Of a stretch of DNA of 24,000 bases, positions 15,917 through 24,000 are shown piece after piece. This DNA comes from Methanobacteriaceae archaeon (GTDB lineage Archaea; Methanobacteriota; Methanobacteria; Methanobacteriales; Methanobacteriaceae), in the NCBI GenBank assembly GCA_020854915.1, contig JAHKLT010000055.1:1-24000 (forward strand), written 5' to 3'. A program made the translations under genes and the position numbers. Each line of letters begins with the position of its first letter. Within the stretch, counting starts at the first letter, position 1. Below the pieces are notes generated by a model that was not told the DNA's origin, made no database searches, and saw only the letters and a list, made by a program, of their open reading frames with translations.

Positions 15917-17119
15917 ATGATAATTAATATTAGGGTTGATCATAATATTGCTGATATAGCTACAATGGATTCTACTTTTGAATATATTAAAGAACTTTTT
16001 AATAAATTAAATGAAAAATATGATATTACTGAGTTTGTTGAGATAAGTACATGTAATAGAAAAGAGTTTTATATTCATAATGACCGATGTGTTTTTGATG
16101 AACCTCTCTTAATTTCTAATAATGAGAATATAATAATAGAATTTGGGGATTCAGCTATTTTGCATCTTCTTAAAATGTCTTCTGGTTTGGAATCCATGAT
16201 CATTGGTGAAGATCAGATTTTAGGCCAAATTAAAGATTCAAGAAACAAAGCTATTAAAGAAAATCATTGTGGAAATATTTTAGATAGTATTTTCACAAAA
16301 GCTATTCATGTTGGTCAAGTTGTAAGACAAAAAACTAAAATTAATAAAGGCCATGTCTCTATTGGTTCTGCTGCTGTTGAACTTGCAGAAGAGCATATTG
16401 GGGACTTGCATAATAGAAAAGTTATTGTTTTAGGTGCAGGTAAAATGGGTTCTTTAGTTGCAAAAGCCTTAGCTGAAAAGAACTTAAAAGCTATTCTTGT
16501 TGCAAACAGGACTTTTTATTCAGCATCAAAATTAGCTAAAGAGCTTGGTGGTGAAGCTATTTTTTTAGATGCTTTAAATGATTATTTAAATGATGCAGAT
16601 TTGATTATAAGTTCTACTAGTGCACCACACTACTTGATTGATAAAAAACGCCTTGAAAGTATTAATTTTGAAAATGATTCTAATGTCTTGATGATTGATA
16701 TAGCTAATCCTAGAGATATTAATGAAGATGTTAAAGATTTAGGAGTTAAACTTTTTAATATAGATGATTTAAGAGAAATAGCTGATTTAAATACGAAAAA
16801 TAGATTAAATGAAACTATTGAAGCTGAAAAAATCATAAAAGAAGAATTTAAACTTTTAAATGATTCTTTTAAATTAATTGAAGTAGAAAAGATAATGGGT
16901 AATTTGAGATATTCAATGGAAGAAATCAGACAAAGAGAAGCTGAAAAAGCTATTGTTAAATTAGATGGTGTTGATGGAAGTGTTAAAATTATTGATAATT
17001 TAACAAAATCTATTGTAAATAAAATATTTTATGATATTTCTCTAAATCTTAAAAAAGCAGCATGTGAAAATGAAGAAGATATAATTACTGCTGCGGAATT
17101 TATTTTTAATGAAAATTAA
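15917..17119 (+). CDS. hemA: Glutamyl-tRNA reductase (HemA)
   Basis: Contains the 'EISTCNRKEFY' catalytic-Cys motif, 'GEDQILGQIK' and NADPH-binding 'VLGAGKMGSLVAKAL'. Length is 400 aa. Confidence 0.9.
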   Translation: MIINIRVDHNIADIATMDSTFEYIKELFNKLNEKYDITEFVEISTCNRKEFYIHNDRCVFDEPLLISNNENIIIEFGDSAILHLLKMSSGLESMIIGEDQILGQIKDSRNKAIKENHCGNILDSIFTKAIHVGQVVRQKTKINKGHVSIGSAAVELAEEHIGDLHNRKVIVLGAGKMGSLVAKALAEKNLKAILVANRTFYSASKLAKELGGEAIFLDALNDYLNDADLIISSTSAPHYLIDKKRLESINFENDSNVLMIDIANPRDINEDVKDLGVKLFNIDDLREIADLNTKNRLNETIEAEKIIKEEFKLLNDSFKLIEVEKIMGNLRYSMEEIRQREAEKAIVKLDGVDGSVKIIDNLTKSIVNKIFYDISLNLKKAACENEEDIITAAEFIFNEN

Positions 17120-17120
17120 T

Positions 17121-18248
17121 TTATTCATGCATTCCTTTTACATCATTAAACTTTTTTTTACTAGATTCAAATGCAAAGTTTATATCTTTCATATCTATGA
17201 TTTCTTTATTTTTAGATATTCCATGATGTAATGCAGTTTTAAGCAATTTTTCTTTTATATCTCGTCCTGACATATTTTTACTAAGTTTTACTATTTTATC
17301 TATATTGAATTCATAATTTAGTGGATATGTTTCGAGATTTTTTTCAATAATTAGTTTTCTTTCTTTATTGTTGGGTAGTTTGAATTCTATTTCTTGTTCA
17401 AATCTACTTCTAATAGCATAATCTAATGAATTAATATTATTAGTTGCTCCAATTGTGATGAGTCCATGGTTTTCATTAAGTCCATCCATTTCTGTTAAAA
17501 GAGAGTTTACAATTTCTATTACATCTCCTCTTAAAGATTGAAAACTTCTATGTAATGCAACTGCATCTATTTCATCAATAAATATTATTGAAGGGGATGT
17601 TTTTAATGCTTTTTCAAATAGGTCATGTATCTTAGATGCACCATCACCTACATGATCACCGATTAATGTAGTTGCTTTTATTAAATACAATGGAACTTCA
17701 AGTTCATTACTTAATGCTTTGGCAAGCATAGTTTTACCAGTACCTGGAAGTCCATAAAATAAAATGTTATGTGGCGCCCATTTTCCAAATTTTTCAGGAT
17801 CTTCTAAATATTTAATTAAAACCTTACTTTTATTTTTAGCATTTTCCTGACCTACGATATCTGAAAGTCTAATATTATTAGTATCTAATTCTATTTTAGA
17901 TATTGGTTTCTTGTTATCATTTATAATAATCTCAATATTTGTTTTATCAGTAATAATTGAGTTGTTTGGCATTGCAGAAATAACTTTAAATCCATAATCT
18001 GGAATTATTTTTTGATCAAAAAGATAATTTCCTTCTTTAACAAGTAAACCTAACCATTGTTCTTTAGCATATTCTTCAAATAGCTTTTCATCAGCTATTT
18101 CTAAGTCTGATTCCATTATATTAAAATCAAAAGGATATCCTATAGCTTCAACAACTATTTTTTCAGCTATTGGTTCTTCATCTAATTTGTTAATTGATTT
18201 TTTCTTAGATGAATTTTTTGTCTCTAGATTTTTAGTATTGGTTTTCAA
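17121..18248 (-). CDS. AAA+ family ATPase (single AAA module with a Cdc48-N-like N-terminal region)
   Basis: Walker A 'GLPGTGKTMLAKA', Walker B 'IIFIDEIDA' and second region of homology 'ATNNINSLDYAIRSRF'. TTG start at 18248 is preceded by GGTG. Confidence 0.8.
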   Translation of the reverse strand: MKTNTKNLETKNSSKKKSINKLDEEPIAEKIVVEAIGYPFDFNIMESDLEIADEKLFEEYAKEQWLGLLVKEGNYLFDQKIIPDYGFKVISAMPNNSIITDKTNIEIIINDNKKPISKIELDTNNIRLSDIVGQENAKNKSKVLIKYLEDPEKFGKWAPHNILFYGLPGTGKTMLAKALSNELEVPLYLIKATTLIGDHVGDGASKIHDLFEKALKTSPSIIFIDEIDAVALHRSFQSLRGDVIEIVNSLLTEMDGLNENHGLITIGATNNINSLDYAIRSRFEQEIEFKLPNNKERKLIIEKNLETYPLNYEFNIDKIVKLSKNMSGRDIKEKLLKTALHHGISKNKEIIDMKDINFAFESSKKKFNDVKGMHE

Positions 18249-18393
18249 ATATACACCAACTTTTATAAAATGTTTTTATATATTAAATATTTCTTTTTCA
18301 TATTTAATATTTATTTCTAAAAAATTTTTTCAAAAATATTTAAATTTAAAATTAGTATGTTAAATAAATAGTTAAAGTTCAAAAAAAGCAAAT

Positions 18394-18419
18394 GTTTAAT
18401 TAATAAAAATTAATTAAAC
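18394..18419 (-). terminator. Hairpin plus T-run downstream of the histone gene
   Basis: GTTTAATTAAT (18394-18404) / ATTAATTAAAC (18409-18419) form a perfect 11-bp inverted repeat with a 4-nt loop. On the minus-strand transcript it is followed by atttgcTTTTTTTg. Confidence 0.45.
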
Positions 18420-18435
18420 GGGGTTTTTAGCGAAA

Positions 18436-18654
18436 TTAAGCAGGACAACAGGATTTAACTGCTAATTTAATATCTTCTTCTTTAACAGTTTTACGTCCAG
18501 CATGTTTAGCATAAGATACAGCTTTTTTAGCTATAGTTGTAGCACATTCTTCTAATGCTGCTGCGAATTCTTCTTTTGCATCTTCACTAACTCTTTCAGC
18601 ACCTGCATTTTTAAGTAATCTTGCAACTGGTGCAATTGGTAATTCAGTTTTCAT
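18436..18654 (-). CDS. Archaeal histone (HMf/HMt family) with an unusual Cys-containing C-terminal tail
   Basis: [72 protein letters not shown] aligns along its length with what I remember of HMfB (ELPIAPIGRIIK.AGAERVSDDA...HAGRKT.K.EDI.LAV). The start is probably ATG 18654 (or 18663), with GGAGA upstream. The ORF-track start at 18687 adds a non-histone-like extension. Confidence 0.85.
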   Translation of the reverse strand: MKTELPIAPVARLLKNAGAERVSEDAKEEFAAALEECATTIAKKAVSYAKHAGRKTVKEEDIKLAVKSCCPA

Positions 18655-18678
18655 AATTATCATTTCTCCACAATTTTC

Positions 18679-18706
18679 TAATAACAATTTTTTTTAATTG
18701 TTATTA
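18679..18706 (-). promoter_or_regulatory. Perfect 11-bp inverted repeat in the histone 5' leader/promoter region
   Basis: TAATAACAATT (18679-18689), TTTTTT, AATTGTTATTA (18696-18706). It lies between a consensus archaeal TATA box (minus-strand TTTATATA, + coordinates 18728-18735) and the histone start codon. Confidence 0.4.
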
Positions 18707-18874
18707 ATTTAAATTATAGCTATCTTATATATAAATATTTGCTTTAAATCAGCTATTTTGCCAATGTATTTTTGTATCTTTTAATTTTTATAACTATTTT
18801 TAGAAAATATTATTATTAACTATTTTATTATTTTAAAGAAGAATTTTTATAAAAAAGAATTTTTATTTTAAATC

Positions 18875-19714
18875 TTAAATTAAAGATTCGTAAATTTCTC
18901 TCATCCTACAAGCGTCTTGATCAATTAAAGGAGTTTCACATATTATTGTAGCTTTCCAATCATTTTCAATTAAATTAAGTAGTAAATCTTTAATATATGG
19001 TCCATACTTATCTTCTTCAGCTAAGGTATGGTGTTTACGTTCTCCTGCATGAGTATATTCAATAGTTGTAAAATGACAGTGTAATCTATCAATATCTAAA
19101 TTATCTTCTAATTTTGAAAAAATACAATTATAATCTTCTTTTTGATTTAAAATTCCTCTACCTCTTGCATGAATATGTGCAAAATCAATTGTTGGTTCAA
19201 AATGGTCAAAATTTTCACATATAGAAATTATCTCATCTATATTTCCAAGTTGTGATCTTTTCCCAGTAGTTTCTGGTGAAAATGTAAAGTTTTCAATAGC
19301 TTCTTCTTCACATTTATTAAGTAATCTCTTAATTGTTTGTTTAGCTATTTTTAAAACATCTTCTGGTTTTCGATTGGAATAGAAACCTGGATGGAAAACA
19401 AGCCTATATGCACCCATCCATTCTCCTGCACGTGCTGTAGCTATTAAGCGTTCTATACTTTTATCAATTTTTTCTTCTTCTTTAGATGCTAAATTGATAT
19501 AGTATGGGCCATGCATTGAAACTAAAATATTTTCTTTTTTTGATTGTTTTTTCAATATTTTTGCAGATTTTTCTCCAATTTTAACACCATATGTTGATTG
19601 ATATTCAAAAGCATGAAGATCATGTTCTTTTAAATAGCTAGAAGATTCAAAAGCTCTTCCTTTAAAATCAATTGGTTTACCTGCAGGACCAAAAATAATT
19701 TTAGGCAACATCAT
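18875..19714 (-). CDS. Endonuclease IV-like AP endonuclease family 2 protein (xylose-isomerase-like TIM barrel)
   Basis: Metal-ligand motif pattern of Nfo-type TIM barrels: 'HGPYYINLAS', 'VFHPG', 'PETTGK', 'IDFAHIHARG', 'LHCHFT...H'. Confidence 0.7.
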   Translation of the reverse strand: MMLPKIIFGPAGKPIDFKGRAFESSSYLKEHDLHAFEYQSTYGVKIGEKSAKILKKQSKKENILVSMHGPYYINLASKEEEKIDKSIERLIATARAGEWMGAYRLVFHPGFYSNRKPEDVLKIAKQTIKRLLNKCEEEAIENFTFSPETTGKRSQLGNIDEIISICENFDHFEPTIDFAHIHARGRGILNQKEDYNCIFSKLEDNLDIDRLHCHFTTIEYTHAGERKHHTLAEEDKYGPYIKDLLLNLIENDWKATIICETPLIDQDACRMREIYESLI

Positions 19715-19753
19715 ATCTTAAAAATAGTAATTAAAAATATATTAACGGGAATA

Positions 19754-20767
19754 TTATAAAATTCCCATTGCTTTGTTAGTTTTAGAAATAGATTTTTCAT
19801 TGTCAGATTCCATTTCAAGCATAGCTCTAATAGCATCAATGTTTTCTGGAACAACATCTGATTCTTGGTGAACTGCTTGCATATAAAATAATTCATTATC
19901 TACTACATTAATAGATTCTTTCCATACTGGAATTTCATATAAATCATTTCTATTTCTACCTAATTCTTTTGCATATTCCATTAATTCTGCAGTTGAACCT
20001 AAACCTGATGATGCTTCAGCTAGAATAACTCTTGATCTTTTTTCTAATACATCAATAACTTCATCAATATTTACATCATTATTTATTTCAACCATAAGAT
20101 TGTGTTGATGCATAAGTGTTGTTGGAACAAGGAGTGCAAGTGTAGTAATATCTACTTTACCCATAACTGTTTTTACATCAGGTCCATGATGAGAAGGAAT
20201 TTTTGGAGGATTAGGTACTATTGCATTAATTGGTCCTTTTTTAACTTCTGAAGGATCACTACCTCTTCTAACCATAACAGCTCTAACTTTTTTAATATCA
20301 CATAATGGATTTAAAGTGTGTAATGTACGTGTAAGTCCAGTTGTATTACAGGATACTACTCTTGAATAATTTGCCCCATAAGAATCATCATAATTTGAAA
20401 AGGAATTAAAAGAAAGTCCAGTTAAATCATGGTCTTCTCCACCTTGATAAATAGCTTTAACTCCTTCTTTTTTATATTTTTCTAAGTTTTCTCTACCAAT
20501 ATTTCCAGGAGTACAATCTATTATAATATCTGCTTCCTTAATCATATCATCAACAGTTCCAGCTATTTCAATTCCTGAATCTTTAAAAGATTGTTTTCTC
20601 TCAGGAATTCCAATATATAAATTATATCCCTTATCTGTTGCAGCTTTAGCTTCAAAATTTGGTCTTGTTTTACTAACTCCAATAATTTTCATATCATTTT
20701 GTGACTCTACAGCATCAGCTACTCTCTTTCCTATTGTACCATATCCATTAATAGCTACAGATTTCAT
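19754..20767 (-). CDS. gap: Type II (archaeal) glyceraldehyde-3-phosphate dehydrogenase
   Basis: '[17 protein letters not shown]', 'VVSCNTTGL' (catalytic Cys) and 'IPSHHGPDV' are hallmark archaeal GAPDH motifs. Length is 337 aa. Confidence 0.9.
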   Translation of the reverse strand: MKSVAINGYGTIGKRVADAVESQNDMKIIGVSKTRPNFEAKAATDKGYNLYIGIPERKQSFKDSGIEIAGTVDDMIKEADIIIDCTPGNIGRENLEKYKKEGVKAIYQGGEDHDLTGLSFNSFSNYDDSYGANYSRVVSCNTTGLTRTLHTLNPLCDIKKVRAVMVRRGSDPSEVKKGPINAIVPNPPKIPSHHGPDVKTVMGKVDITTLALLVPTTLMHQHNLMVEINNDVNIDEVIDVLEKRSRVILAEASSGLGSTAELMEYAKELGRNRNDLYEIPVWKESINVVDNELFYMQAVHQESDVVPENIDAIRAMLEMESDNEKSISKTNKAMGIL

Positions 20768-20837
20768 TTTTTCATCCTATTATCAATAATATATTATTTT
20801 AAAAATACACTACTATTTATTTTATTAATCTTTAATA

Positions 20838-22013
20838 TTAATTTCTATACATAAATTTTAAAACAATTTTTGCTAGATATCTCATATACCATTTATTCAT
20901 TTCTTTATCAACATTTTCTAGTTCTTTAATAATAGCTATTTTTTGAGGGCATTTCTTTTCACAAATTCCACATTTAATACATTTATCTGCACCAGAATTG
21001 TTATTAAGAGAATTATATAAATAAAAAGCTGTTGAACTGAAATTTTTAAAAATTTTTTTATCATTATAACTAGAAAAACAATTAGGAATATCTACATTTT
21101 GAGGGCAAGGAAGACAATAACCACAGCTTGTGCAATTTACTTGAAGTGATTTTTGGAATATATCTTTTACTGATTCTAACATTTTCTTTTCATCATCATT
21201 CATAGTATTTGATTCAAATTTTGAAAAAAACTTTATATTTTCATCAATAATTTTATCTTCACCCATACCAGATAAAACAACCTTAACATTAGGATTATCT
21301 GCAACCCACTTAAAACCCCATTCTGCTGGTGTTTTCTTAATTTTAAAATTATCTATAATCTCTTTCGCTTTATCTGATAATTTATTTACAAGTATACCTC
21401 CTCTTAAAGGTTCCATAACAATTACTCCAATGTCTTTACTTGATGCATAGTTTAAACCTTCACTACCTGCTTGATAATTTTCATCTAAGTAATTGTATTG
21501 GATCATACATAAATCCCAATCATAACTATCAATTATTTTCTTGAAATTAATTATATTGCCATGAAATGAAAAACCAATATTTAATATTCTACCTTTCTTT
21601 TTTTCTTTGTCAATAAATTCTAAAAATCCTAATCTTTTTAGCTTTTCCCATTCATCATATGTATAAACATTATGTATAAGATAGTAATCTATATAGTTAG
21701 TTTGTAATCTTTTTAATTGTTTTTCAAAAATCCTGTTTATATCTTCTTTTGTTTTTATTGATGGAATAGGTATTTTAGTAGCTATTTTAATTTTTTCTCT
21801 GTAACCATTTTTTAATATTTTTCCTAATGTTTCTTCACTTCCAGAATAAGTATATGCTGTATCAAAATAATTAATCCCATTTTCAATAGCTTTTATTACT
21901 TGTTGTTCTGTTTTTTTTAAATCTATTCTACCATTTTTTCTTGGAAATCGCATACAACCATAACCAAGCAGTGAAAGATTATCTCCTGTTTTTTTTAATT
22001 TTCTATATTTCAT
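20838..22013 (-). CDS. Aldo/keto reductase with a C-terminal 2x[4Fe-4S] ferredoxin-like domain
   Basis: The N-terminal AKR fold has 'LGYGCMRFP' and 'NYFDTAYTY'. The C-terminus has 'CTSCGYCLPCP' and 'CIKCGICEKKCP' cluster motifs. Confidence 0.8.
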   Translation of the reverse strand: MKYRKLKKTGDNLSLLGYGCMRFPRKNGRIDLKKTEQQVIKAIENGINYFDTAYTYSGSEETLGKILKNGYREKIKIATKIPIPSIKTKEDINRIFEKQLKRLQTNYIDYYLIHNVYTYDEWEKLKRLGFLEFIDKEKKKGRILNIGFSFHGNIINFKKIIDSYDWDLCMIQYNYLDENYQAGSEGLNYASSKDIGVIVMEPLRGGILVNKLSDKAKEIIDNFKIKKTPAEWGFKWVADNPNVKVVLSGMGEDKIIDENIKFFSKFESNTMNDDEKKMLESVKDIFQKSLQVNCTSCGYCLPCPQNVDIPNCFSSYNDKKIFKNFSSTAFYLYNSLNNNSGADKCIKCGICEKKCPQKIAIIKELENVDKEMNKWYMRYLAKIVLKFMYRN

Positions 22014-22132
22014 TTTTAAACCTATTTGTTTTTTCTCTTTATTTGTATTTAATAATTTTAACTAATTTTTTAAAAAATTCTAGAGGAAAAAGCTATATTA
22101 AATTTTTCATATAATATAACTAAGGTGGTATT

Positions 22133-22348
22133 ATGAAAAAATTAGAAAAAGATTCTGTTATTGAACTTAATGATTTAAAGATTATGAGACATAATCTTAA
22201 AATGAATGGGTATCATGATCTAACATTAAGACTTCATAGATGGATTGTTGGAAAAAGAAGAGGAGATTCTATAGAAAATATTTTTCCAGATAACTATGAG
22301 GAAATTATTAGAATCTCTAATGAAAATGATTTATTTAATGATAAATAA
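22133..22348 (+). CDS. Small hypothetical protein (71 aa)
   Basis: Strong Shine-Dalgarno AAGGTGGT lies 5 nt before the ATG. It is the only ORF in the 370-bp gap between the AKR and top6A genes. I recognise no motifs in it. Confidence 0.45.
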   Translation: MKKLEKDSVIELNDLKIMRHNLKMNGYHDLTLRLHRWIVGKRRGDSIENIFPDNYEEIIRISNENDLFNDK

Positions 22349-22384
22349 TTTGAATTTATCCCTTTTTAAAAATTAAAAATAGGA

Positions 22385-23464
22385 TTATTCAAATGAATCC
22401 AATTTTTCAGGGAAGTATGTATCAACAACATATTCTAAACCATATTTAGAAAATGATTGCTGTTCTGCCTTTTTTCCAATTTTAAGCATTTTTTTAATTT
22501 CATTTTGCCAAAATTCACTTTTATATCTTGGATCTTTTGATAATTCTTTTAATCTTAAAACATCTACATCTTTTAAGTTATCTGTTGGAAGTTCATAATT
22601 TATAATATCACTAGCAGTTACTCCCATAAATTTAGCATTTGGTGTAGCTAAATCATGATTTACATGAGCTAGCTTTGCACTTCCTGATATAATTACTTGT
22701 GCAATATGAAAACCCCAAGGGTCTCCATCGTTACAAACATATACAGGTAAATCTAATTCTTCATTAACTCTTTTAATAAATCTTCTTGTAGCACGAGCTG
22801 CTTGGCCTTTAAGACCAACAATCAATGTATTGAACTTTTTAAAAGCTTTTTCCTGAACCATTCTGTGAAACATTCCCATAGTTTCTACAGCTATAACTTT
22901 ATCTACGTTATGATCAAGAAATTCTACTTCATCAATTGTTGGTGATATAGTGTATCCTGATTTTCCTGAATTTAAAGCATTTATTTCAACATCATCATCT
23001 TGTAGAGTAATATCTCCATACACTGATGCTCCATCTTCTTCAGGCATGAGTCCAAGATCTTCTCTTGTTGTTCCAAGAGTAACTTCTAAATCTTCTCCTA
23101 CAATATTTGATTCTTGTTGTGTTTTAAATCCAATTCCCCAACTTTCAGAAACATAATACATCTCCCTTATAGTAGCTGTTTTTTCTCTTTGAACTAAATC
23201 TTTACAAAAATTAGCTACATATACCATTTGTCCAAGTTTTCTTATCTGTTTAACATTTCCAAGGGATCTTTTACCAAATCTATCCCCTAAAATATAATAA
23301 TGTTTATTTTCATCATAAACAATATTACCTGTACCTCTTGAAGGAACTTTAACAGAGGGAACTTTTTTCTTTTCTACTTCCTCTACTATTTCTTCACCTA
23401 AACTTTTTAGTTTATTAAAGGTATATTCTTTCCTTTGTTCTTTATGTGGTTTATTATAAGACAT
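22385..23464 (-). CDS. top6A: DNA topoisomerase VI subunit A (Spo11 homologue)
   Basis: Catalytic-Tyr context '[10 protein letters not shown]', Toprim '[10 protein letters not shown]' and 'DGDPWGFHI'. It lies immediately downstream of top6B. Confidence 0.9.
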   Translation of the reverse strand: MSYNKPHKEQRKEYTFNKLKSLGEEIVEEVEKKKVPSVKVPSRGTGNIVYDENKHYYILGDRFGKRSLGNVKQIRKLGQMVYVANFCKDLVQREKTATIREMYYVSESWGIGFKTQQESNIVGEDLEVTLGTTREDLGLMPEEDGASVYGDITLQDDDVEINALNSGKSGYTISPTIDEVEFLDHNVDKVIAVETMGMFHRMVQEKAFKKFNTLIVGLKGQAARATRRFIKRVNEELDLPVYVCNDGDPWGFHIAQVIISGSAKLAHVNHDLATPNAKFMGVTASDIINYELPTDNLKDVDVLRLKELSKDPRYKSEFWQNEIKKMLKIGKKAEQQSFSKYGLEYVVDTYFPEKLDSFE

Positions 23465-23469
23465 ATTAT

Positions 23470-24000
23470 CTATTTCTCATCTGTATCTGGAGTATTTTCA
23501 AGTGTAACTTGTTCAATATCTCTTTTATTGATATTACTATGTTTGTTATCAACTTTATGTCCAAACTCATCTAATTCTTCAACTAAGAGATCTTCCTCTT
23601 CTACTTCAATTTCTTCATCATCCTCAACTTTTTCTCCGAGTAATTCAGCTAATGCTCGTTTTGTAACTTTAGCAAGAACTTCTTTGTATTCTGGAATTTC
23701 TACTTCAGCTAATTTAGCAGATTCTTCAATAATGACTGGAACATAATCTTCAAATATTTTTGAACGCATAGCTTTTTCTTTTGCAGCTTTTTTAGCTCTT
23801 AAATGTTTTTGAAGTTTACGTGCTAGAGTCATTGTAGCTTGTCTAACTTCTTGAACGATTTCTGGCTCTGGTGCAATACTCTGTTTTCCAGTAGATAAGT
23901 ATGGAACTTGTGTTGAAATAATATTTACAAATAAAGTTAAAGGAGTATTATCTAAATCTTTAATACCATATCTTTTCCAATCTACACTTTTTAAAGCCTC
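23470..24000 (-). CDS. top6B: DNA topoisomerase VI subunit B, C-terminal part (the gene continues beyond the window end)
   Basis: The minus-strand frame is open to base 24000 ([63 protein letters not shown]...). It has an acidic C-terminal tail and a stop 5 nt before the top6A start. Confidence 0.8.
   Translation of the reverse strand, partial: EALKSVDWKRYGIKDLDNTPLTLFVNIISTQVPYLSTGKQSIAPEPEIVQEVRQATMTLARKLQKHLRAKKAAKEKAMRSKIFEDYVPVIIEESAKLAEVEIPEYKEVLAKVTKRALAELLGEKVEDDEEIEVEEEDLLVEELDEFGHKVDNKHSNINKRDIEQVTLENTPDTDEK

Noticed and set aside
16630-16836. Minus-strand 68-aa ORF inside hemA
   Set aside because: It is antisense to hemA, and its Ser/Leu/Ile-rich translation is typical of a reverse-frame artefact.
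18655-18687. N-terminal extension [11 protein letters not shown] on the histone (ORF-track start 18687)
   Set aside because: Histone-fold homology starts at [14 protein letters not shown] lies upstream of the internal ATGs (18663/18654). The extension would run into the leader palindrome region (18679-18706). The shorter CDS is preferred.
19711-19896. Minus-strand 61-aa ORF overlapping the 3' end of gap
   Set aside because: It is out of frame within the gap coding region and the short intergenic spacer. It has no Shine-Dalgarno and no motifs.
22950-23746. Plus-strand ORFs 22950-23156 and 23435-23746 (Ser-rich)
   Set aside because: They are antisense to top6A and top6B. The Ser-rich sequence mirrors the acidic Glu/Asp-rich tail of Top6B on the other strand.
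1-24000. Search for rRNA, tRNA, CRISPR arrays, prophage or defence-island genes
   Set aside because: There are no G/C-rich structured segments of tRNA or rRNA type, no repeat arrays and no phage or defence hallmark proteins. Apart from the ALP genes and one dead IS, the window is core metabolism and information processing.

Overview
This is a very AT-rich window (roughly 25-30% G+C by eye) that reads as chromosomal DNA from a methanogenic archaeon of the Methanobacteriaceae (Methanobrevibacter/Methanosphaera-like). The lineage call rests on methanogen- and archaea-specific genes: MCR component A2 (atwA), methanogenesis marker domain 9, cofD/cofE, archaeal purO, GTP cyclohydrolase III, an HMf-type histone, type II GAPDH and topoisomerase VI. 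Most of the window is housekeeping.

Gene order on the + strand:
- exbB/exbD-like pair, purO, cofE
- an adhesin-like protein (ALP) gene
- cofD, GTP cyclohydrolase III, a Dus-like TIM-barrel gene, peroxiredoxin
- an IS630-like scar, then a second ALP gene
- atwA, marker-9, sirC-like, hemA

Gene order on the - strand: AAA ATPase, histone, endonuclease IV-like, gap, Fe-S aldo/keto reductase, top6A, top6B (partial).

The accessory content is:
- Two complete ALP genes, one partial ALP 3' end and one 28-codon ALP 3' stub. All share the same C-terminal roughly 85-aa cassette.
- A 1,225-bp IS630/Tc1-mariner-like element with clear terminal inverted repeats, flanking TA dinucleotides and a heavily decayed transposase. 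It sits between an orphan ALP-type leader and the ALP 3' stub, which suggests an IS-associated deletion of an ALP gene.

I found no rRNA, tRNA or CRISPR array, and no convincing novel multi-gene system. The items most worth follow-up are:
- the recurrent leader motif upstream of ALP genes
- the IS-associated ALP deletion
- the exbBD-like pair, whose ExbB carries an extra C-terminal domain, in an organism with no outer membrane
- the translationally coupled GTP cyclohydrolase III / Dus-like pair
- the atwA / marker-9 / sirC / hemA cluster, including a UBA-like tail on the marker-9 protein
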